A stretch of DNA of 64,000 nucleotides from an uncultured Acidobacteriota bacterium. GTDB taxonomy: Bacteria; Acidobacteriota; Vicinamibacteria; Vicinamibacterales; 2-12-FULL-66-21. Numbering within the stretch: position 1 is the stretch's first letter; every line of letters begins with the position of its first letter. The stretch covers positions 1,115,756 to 1,179,755 of the forward strand of contig CAVRYD010000011.1 in the NCBI GenBank assembly GCA_963725335.1, given 5' to 3'. A program made the position numbers and the translations under genes. The notes below the pieces were generated by a model. That model did not search any database and was not told the DNA's origin. It was given only the letters and a program-made list of their open reading frames with translations. Below, piece after piece: positions 58,103-64,000 of the stretch.

Positions 58103-61007
58103 TCACCGGCGGACCTCGGCGGTCCAGTTCAGAATAACCGTGAGCGGCTGCTCACCAGCAAAGGCCTGAGGCACCACGGCGAGGAACCGCTTGCCGTCCG
58201 CAGCCACGGCGAAGTCCACCCACGTCCGGCCCTGCAACGCGAAGAGCGGCGCTGGCTTACCCACTTCGAGCATCGGTGTTGTGCGCACGGGCACCGCCAT
58301 GAGGCGGCGATCGGCCGAAACGTAGAACAGAACACGACCGTCGTGACTCCATCGCGCGCCTTGCTGCAAGTCGCTACCAGGGGCTATTCCGGTCGAGACG
58401 GGTGCTTTGCCGCCAGTCGGGGGAAACGGCGCCACGTACACTTCGAATTGCCCCGACTCATCGGAGGTGAAGGCCATGGCGTGGCCGTCCGGCGAGAAGC
58501 GCGGATCTGTCTCATTGAAGCGCGACCTGAACAGCGCTGACGGCGTGGCGGGGCCGGCAAGCGGCAACGTGAAGATGTTCAGGTTGCCGCGAGCCGTGCG
58601 CTCAGTGAAGAGGAGGGTATGCCCGTCCGGTGACACATCGATGGGCCTCCGCTGCTGCGTCCCCTCCGGAAGCAGTTCGTCCTCGATAGACGTGTCGAGG
58701 CGCTTTCGAGCCAGATTCAACCCCCCGCTGCGACCGATCGCGAACAGAATGGCGCGGCCACCAGGCAGCCACACCGGATACGCTTCGCTGCCCGGGTCCG
58801 ACGTCAGGCGTTCCTCGACGCCCCTGGCGAGATTGGTGGTCCAGAGGTCCCACGTACCGATTCCAGGCTTCGTCCGCTCGAACAGCACTGTCCCGCCGTC
58901 GGGCGACAGGCGCACGTTCAGGTAGGTACCGGGAGCGCCAACAGTTCCAACTTCCTTCCCGGTGCGATCGACCCAGACGAGTTGCGCGACGTTCGCATGC
59001 GACTGATATGCGATCGTTCCGGTGCGTGATGTGGTGAACATTGCCATCCCGGAAGAGAGGAAACGGTCGACCGGCTCGGCAATCGAGACCGGCGCACCAA
59101 CGATCTGTCCGCTCTCCTGGTCGAACCGCTGGGCGACGAGCACGCCTTCCTGCGCAAACACGAGGTAATCGGGATCAACCCACTGGACGTTCGACACCGC
59201 GGACACGATCGGCCGCGGGGCGCGTCCCCGCTCGCCGAGCATCAATTGGCCTGTGGAGTTGGGACGCTGGCTGAGATAAAGGAACCGCTTCCCGTCCGGC
59301 AGGAACGACGGCCACACGACCGTCTCTCCGCGCGACCTGTCAGCCGTGACGATCGCTTCGGGTTCACCGCCAGCGCTCGACACGCTGAAGATGGCGTCTC
59401 CCACGAACGACGCGAAGAGAATCGCGCCGCCGCTGCTCCATGTGCCGAAGGACGCGTTGGCCGGCACGTCACACAGGGACACGGCCGTCCCACCGTGGAG
59501 ATCGATCCGTTTCAGTTTGTCGCCCGCAAAAAACGCGAGGGATCTGCCGTCAGGCGACCAAAAGGCAGACGTCGCCCCGTCGGTGCCGGGCACGACCCGC
59601 GCATCGAGGCCTGAGATCGGCCGTAGCCAAATCCGAGGAGGGTTTGGCGGCGCGACGGCGACAAGTGCCAGTTGCGATCCGTCCGGGGATAGGGCGAGGA
59701 ACGTCGACCCGACGGTGTGCAGGAACGTGCTGCCCGGAGGCGGGAACACCGAGAAGCGAACCGGCGTCACTTGCGCTGGCGGCGAGGGCTCGGGACGGAG
59801 GAACACGCCGAGTGCGAACGCCGCGGCAATCAGTGCGACGAGCGCGACTCCTGCGGCGGCCGCCGTCCAGCCGCGCCAGCGGGGTGGACCTTCGCGCCGC
59901 TCCCGATCTCCAACGGGCGTGTCGTCGTCCAGTTCAAGCTCGACTCGCACGTCGCCGATATCTCGCAGGCGCCGCGCCGGGTCCTTCTCCAGGCACCGTT
60001 TGAGCAGGCGCGACACGGACGGCGGTGTCGAACGCGGTACCGCGGTCCAGTCCGGCTCATGGGTCAGGACCGCCGCAATCGTGTCGGACATGGTCGCGCG
60101 CGCGAAGGCGGGACGCCCCGTCAGTACCTCATAGAGGACGCAGCCGAAGGCCCAGATGTCCGTCCGCTTGTCGACCGCCTGCCCGCGTGCCTGCTCCGGG
60201 CTCATGTAGGCGGCCGTCCCGAGAATCATGCCGTCTCGCGTGCCGCCAACGGTCCGTGTGGCGGCCCGCGACAGCTCGGGGCTGGATGCATCACTGGCGA
60301 CCACTTTCGCCAGGCCGAAGTCGAGGACCTTCACCGTACCCGCGGGCGTGATCTTGATATTCGCGGGCTTCAGATCCCGGTGGACGATCCCGCGTTCGTG
60401 TGCGGCGTCGAGTGCATCGGTGATCTGCCGCGCGATCGCTGAGTGCCTCCGGAATCGGAAGGCCCCCGCCTCTTGCCTCGTCTCCGGCGAGGGTGTCCGC
60501 GAGGGTCAAGCCCTCGACCATCTCCAACACCAGCGCTCGGCCGCCCTCCAACTCCTCGACGCCGTAGATCGCGCCGATGTGTGGGTGATTGAGGGACGCG
60601 AGCAGGCGTGCTTCACGTTCGAATCGGGCGAGGCGGTCAGGGTCGGCAGTGAAGCCACGCGGCAGGATCTTGATCGCGACGTCGCGTCCGAGGTTGGAGT
60701 CGCGCGCGCGATACACCTCGCCCATGCCGCCTTCGCCAATCTGTGCCGAGATCACATACGGCCCGAGCGCGTGACCGATTCGGATCCGCCCGCCGATATC
60801 GATATCGAGCGCCACGGCCGGGGTACTCAGGAACGCGGCTCCCCCGTCGTGTGCCAGGAGCGATTCGACCTCGCGGCGCAACGCGTCATCGCCCGCGCAC
60901 GCGTCCGCCAGGAACGGTCCGCGTTCGTTTGCGCTGCACGCGAGCGCCTCGTGATACAGCCGCTCGATCCTCTCCCAGCGCTCAGATGTCGTCACGTCGG
61001 GAATCAC
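58103..61007 (-). pseudogene. Ser/Thr kinase-TolB-like propeller with sigma-linked N-terminal extension; single frameshift in the kinase domain (or sequencing indel)
   Basis: ORF 60291-61007: MIPDVTTSERWERIERLYHEALACSANERGPFLADACAGDDALRREVESLL...[13 protein letters not shown]...LPIPEALS. Shifting at ~60438 restores IARQITDALDAAHERGIVHRDLKPANIKITPAGTVKVLDFGLAK, which continues as ORF 58103-60334 (TM plus SPDG repeats). Confidence 0.8.
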
Positions 61008-61488
61008 TCAGCTCGCGCGCCAGCCACGCTTTCGCCAGCCGCCAATCCTGCTTGATGGTGCCAACGGACAGATGAAGCGCCGCTGCAGTCTCTTCCACGC
61101 TCATGCCGCCGAAGAAGCGCATCTCGACTACTTTGCACTTCCGGGGATCCACCGCCTCCAACGCGTTCAAGGCGTCGTCGAGAGCCACGAAATTCTGGGA
61201 GGGCGTAGCCGACACGGCGACGGCCTCGTCGAGCGACACCTTCTGTCCCCCGGCGTTGCGCTTCTGATAGCCCTTCGCGCGCGCGGCATCCACCAGAATG
61301 CGCCGCATCAGGCGCGAGGCCATCGCAAAGAAATGTGCGCGATTCTGCCACTGGACCTGCTTGACTTCGATCAGCCGGAGATACGCCTCATTGACCAGCG
61401 CGGAGGCCTGAAGCGTGTGGCCGGCACGCTCGTGGCGCATATGGCGCCCCGCCAAGCGGCGCAGTTCCCCATGGACGAGGGGCAGCAA
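60982..61488 (-). CDS. PF07638-type (ECF43-like) ECF sigma factor, second copy; the conserved N-terminus continues upstream to 61572 without a canonical start
   Basis: [40 protein letters not shown]...WQNRAHFFAMASRLMRRILVDAAR...MRFFGGMSVEETAAALHLSVGTIKQDWRLAKAWL. The last 26 nt overlap the kinase start. Confidence 0.85.
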   Translation of the reverse strand: MLPLVHGELRRLAGRHMRHERAGHTLQASALVNEAYLRLIEVKQVQWQNRAHFFAMASRLMRRILVDAARAKGYQKRNAGGQKVSLDEAVAVSATPSQNFVALDDALNALEAVDPRKCKVVEMRFFGGMSVEETAAALHLSVGTIKQDWRLAKAWLARELSDSRRDDI

Positions 61489-61619
61489 GCGGTCGAACGC
61501 CGCTATCTCACCCCGGCCCCAAGCCTGCAGCAGAGCGGTGGGGTCGTGGCCGTGACTGCGAATGCGCCGATTCTACACCCGCTTGCAGGCTGGCCAGTCC
61601 ATTGATTCTCGGCCTATTT

Positions 61620-61645
61620 TGAACGTTTTGACCATTTTCGACGTT
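61620..61645 (+). promoter_or_regulatory. candidate ECF-type promoter TGAAC-N17-CGTT upstream of the SGNH hydrolase gene
   Basis: GAAC at 61621-61624 and CGTT at 61642-61645, inside three phased TTTTGA/TTTTCG repeats, about 70 nt before ATG 61715 and divergent from sigma copy 2. Confidence 0.25.
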
Positions 61646-61714
61646 GTTCTCGCCTCCGAGAGTGAGGGCCGGCACGCGCCGGCAATCGTCCACAACGTTG
61701 GAAGGAGACAACCC

Positions 61715-63019
61715 ATGAGCTCGGTGACCCAATTCCTTTCGAAGCTTCGCGGTCGAGCCACGCACGACGTCAAGCCTGTCGCCGATGTTCGGACTCGCCG
61801 GCGTTTATTCGCGACCGCCGCGGCAATCTTGCTGGCCCTTGCGGCCATCGTCATTGCGCCTGCCGTAATCGCCAAGGATCGGCATGACGACGGCAACTGG
61901 GTCGGTACGTGGAGCGCAAGCCCTCAGGCAGTTGCCGCGCCCATCCAGATCAACGGTCAAACGGTGCGCCAGATCGTGCACACGAGCCTCGGTGGTGAGC
62001 GTGTGCGCGTGCGCTTCTCCAACGCCTACGGCGCGAGCCCCCTGATCATCGGCTCCGCGCATGTCGCCATCAGCACTGGCGGTGTCTCGATTTCGGGGAG
62101 GACCGATCGGATCCTCAAGTTCAACGGCTCACCCTCCATCGCCATTCCCGCCGGTGCGCTGGCGGTGAGCGACCCCGTCAGGCTCGAGGTGGAAGCTTTC
62201 GACAATCTCGCGGTGAGTCTGTACCTGCCACAGAACGTCGCTGCGACGACCCAGCATTCGGTGGGTCAGCAAACGAACTACATCTCGATTCCAGGAGACT
62301 TTACGGATGCGATCACCTTCGAAGCGACGACCACCCAATCCTTTTACTTCCTGACCGGCGTTGAAGTCCTTTCCTCCAGGCGGGCGCGGGCGATTGTGGC
62401 GCTGGGCGATTCAGTCACCGACGGGTTCGGTTCAACGACCGACATGAACCAGCGCTGGCCGGATCTGCTCGCGGAACGACTGCAGTCCAGCTGGGGCACA
62501 GCGCAGGTGGCCGTGCTCAACGCGGGCATCAGCGGGAATCGAGTGCTGCATGATTTCCTCGGCACAAACGCCCTGGCCAGGTTCGATCGCGATGTGCTCG
62601 TGCAAACCGGCGTGAAGTACGTCGTCGTGCTGCAAGGGAACGCTGACATCCTCATTCCGGGGCTGATCGGCAACCCTGCAGAAGACGTCACCGCCGCACA
62701 GATCATCCAGGGGCACCGTCAGATGATCGATCGCGCCCATGCTCTGGGATTGAGAATCTATGGCGGCACGTCGAATCCGGTGGAAGGCTACCCCTTCCCC
62801 GGCTTTTGGACGGCCGATCTAGAAGCGAAACGCCAGGCCGTCAATCAGTGGATCCGGACCAGCAAGGCCTATGATGCCGTCATTGATTTCGACAAGCTGC
62901 TGAGTGATCCGAGCCATCCCTCACGCCTGCTGCCGGCGTATGACAGCGGCGATCACGTGCATCCCAACGATGCCGGCTACAGAGCGATGGCCGATGCGAT
63001 CGACCTGACGCCTGTTTAG
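61715..63019 (+). CDS. secreted SGNH/GDSL-family hydrolase
   Basis: ORF 61562-63019, ATG 61715 after GGAAGGAGA. TM/signal LFATAAAILLALAAIVIAPAVIA. Block I IVALGDSVTDG; LNAGISGN; block V DSGDHVHPND. Confidence 0.8.
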   Translation: MSSVTQFLSKLRGRATHDVKPVADVRTRRRLFATAAAILLALAAIVIAPAVIAKDRHDDGNWVGTWSASPQAVAAPIQINGQTVRQIVHTSLGGERVRVRFSNAYGASPLIIGSAHVAISTGGVSISGRTDRILKFNGSPSIAIPAGALAVSDPVRLEVEAFDNLAVSLYLPQNVAATTQHSVGQQTNYISIPGDFTDAITFEATTTQSFYFLTGVEVLSSRRARAIVALGDSVTDGFGSTTDMNQRWPDLLAERLQSSWGTAQVAVLNAGISGNRVLHDFLGTNALARFDRDVLVQTGVKYVVVLQGNADILIPGLIGNPAEDVTAAQIIQGHRQMIDRAHALGLRIYGGTSNPVEGYPFPGFWTADLEAKRQAVNQWIRTSKAYDAVIDFDKLLSDPSHPSRLLPAYDSGDHVHPNDAGYRAMADAIDLTPV

Positions 63020-63221
63020 CGACGGGGACGAGGATTGATCAATCCAGAGAGCGGGCGCCCTGTGGAGGTATGGGTTAGCCGAGCCCAAGCCTTCTCTGTG
63101 CCCGCTCATCTTCCGGGGACGCCAGCCGCGACAGACCGGAGTCATGCGGCTAGCGAAACCGAAGGCTGTGCGACGCACCCGACAGCGGATGGGGTCCTGA
63201 CCAACCGAGCAAGAGGGGTTA

Positions 63222-63294
63222 TGGACCTGACCGGGATCGAACCGGTGACCTCCTGAATGCCATTCAGGCGCGCTCCCAACTGCGCTACAGGCCC
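63222..63294 (-). tRNA. tRNA-Ala (anticodon GGC), CCA not encoded
   Basis: Minus strand: GGGCCTGTAGCGCAGTTGGGAGCGCGCCTGAATGGCATTCAGGAGGTCACCGGTTCGATCCCGGTCAGGTCCA. 7-bp acceptor stem with G3:U70; anticodon loop ATGGCAT; T-arm GGTTCGATCC. Confidence 0.9.
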
Positions 63295-63316
63295 GTCTGA
63301 GGAAAGACGACCCTTT

Positions 63317-63346
63317 ATTGTAGCGAAGAATGGCGTGCGCCGCCAA
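63317..63346 (-). promoter_or_regulatory. candidate promoter of tRNA-Ala (TTGGCG-N16-TACAAT)
   Basis: On the minus strand, TACAAT (complement of 63317-63322) lies 22 nt upstream of the tRNA 5' end, and TTGGCG (complement of 63341-63346) lies 18 nt further upstream. Confidence 0.3.
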
Positions 63347-63495
63347 ACCTGACCTGGCGCTCGACTTAAGCGGCTACCACCGCAAGCGAATCGGCGCTAA
63401 CGTCGCCCAAAGAATCTCCTGGATGTAACGACGCTTGCGCTCATGACACTTCCTAGACAAACCGGCGCTGAAACGCCGATAGGAGGCGTCGAACA

Positions 63496-64000
63496 ATGAA
63501 CCCACGGATCGATGAAGTCGCCACGGACTTGTACCGTATCAGCGTGTATGTCCCGCAGTTCGATCTGCAATTCAATCACTTCCTGATTCGCGACGAGGAG
63601 CCGCTGCTGTTCCATACCGGCATGCGCTCGATGTTCCCGGCGGTCCGTGAAGCAGTGGCGTCGCTCATCGACCCGGCCAGCCTGCGATGGATTAGCTGGA
63701 GCCACTTCGAGGTCGACGAATGCGGCGCGCTGAACGAATGGCTGGCCATTGCACCGAAAGCTCAATTCGTGTGCGGAGAGCTGGGCGCGATGATCAACGT
63801 GAACGACTTCGCCAATCGGCCCGGGCGCGGGCTGAAGCCAGACGAGATCCTCGAGACCGGACGACATCGCTATCGATTCGTTCCGACACCGCACCTGCCG
63901 CACGGCTGGGACGCCGGCATGTTGTTCGAAGAAAACGAACGCGTGCTGCTGTGCTCGGATCTGCTGCATCAGCTCGGTGACACGGAGCCGATCACGACTA
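63496..64000 (+). CDS. MBL-fold (ODP-like) metallo-hydrolase, partial at window end
   Basis: Own translation from ATG 63496 after AGGAGG: [83 protein letters not shown]... Open to the window edge. Confidence 0.55.
   Translation, partial: MNPRIDEVATDLYRISVYVPQFDLQFNHFLIRDEEPLLFHTGMRSMFPAVREAVASLIDPASLRWISWSHFEVDECGALNEWLAIAPKAQFVCGELGAMINVNDFANRPGRGLKPDEILETGRHRYRFVPTPHLPHGWDAGMLFEENERVLLCSDLLHQLGDTEPITT

Noticed and set aside
63035-63256. 73-aa ORF ending ..MDLTGIEPVTS
   Set aside because: It is the translation of the antisense of tRNA-Ala (the GIEPVTS signature comes from the T-arm), so it is not a gene.
57440-63300. Possible integrated element at tRNA-Ala (recombinase fragment about 5.5 kb from the tRNA 3' end)
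   Set aside because: I could find no direct repeat of the tRNA 3' half in the window and no intact integrase. The intervening genes (sigma, kinase, SGNH hydrolase) look like ordinary paralogs of the host, and composition is not visibly different.
1-64000. CRISPR arrays, rRNA genes, intact IS/transposase, prophage structural genes, known multi-gene defence systems
   Set aside because: No regularly spaced short repeats, no rRNA-like sequence, and no transposase, integrase or capsid-like translations were seen in any frame of the ORF track.

Overview
GC-rich chromosomal segment. The gene content points to Acidobacteriota (inference, not verified): three 'ADOP'-type duplicated MacB/FtsX orphan permeases (one with PadR), PF07638-type ECF sigma genes overlapping Ser/Thr kinase genes, many kinase-TolB/TPR paralogs, and a PVC-type dehydrogenase/HEAT/cytochrome-c protein. 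Left to right: an arsenic cluster (arsC, Cys-rich MarR, arsM), an OM beta-barrel protein, an SNF2 helicase with a C-terminal SWIM finger, PadR-ADOP, a DUF1801 protein, a lactonase, a SulP transporter and an ECF sigma/anti-sigma/hydrolase set. Then come Ser/Thr kinases, an AtoE-like transporter, an orphan HigA, a second and third ADOP permease and an exported-looking HPS-like TIM barrel. Further right are a CadC/TPR regulator, TetR with a beta-lactamase-family hydrolase, a CocE/NonD hydrolase, the PVC-type heme protein, dhaKL and two tandem NHL-repeat proteins. A 4.2-kb patchwork follows (orphan antitoxin, exonuclease, DoxX, amidohydrolase, ACT protein), then a lytic transglycosylase, a decayed kinase, a small GIY-YIG gene, two sigma-kinase modules, an SGNH hydrolase, tRNA-Ala(GGC) and a partial MBL-fold gene. 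No CRISPR array, rRNA, intact transposase/integrase or complete known defence or toxin-antitoxin system was seen. Most notable observations: (1) a ~135-nt triple-hairpin element present as an inverted pair with a perfect 91-nt core, bracketing 25 kb, each copy 3' of an ADOP gene. (2) Two ECF-sigma/Ser-Thr-kinase modules with overlapping genes, whose conserved sigma N-termini have no canonical start codon. (3) At least 10 genes readable only across frameshifts, several at short G/C runs, plus many 5'/3'-truncated fragments of kinase/TolB paralogs; this is either real decay or indel-prone assembly. (4) A 55-nt direct repeat of an NHL gene tail bracketing a mosaic island and creating a kinase::NHL chimeric mini-ORF. 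(5) A 20-nt motif shared by the marR and arsM upstream regions. All calls come from reading the translations; no database search was run.
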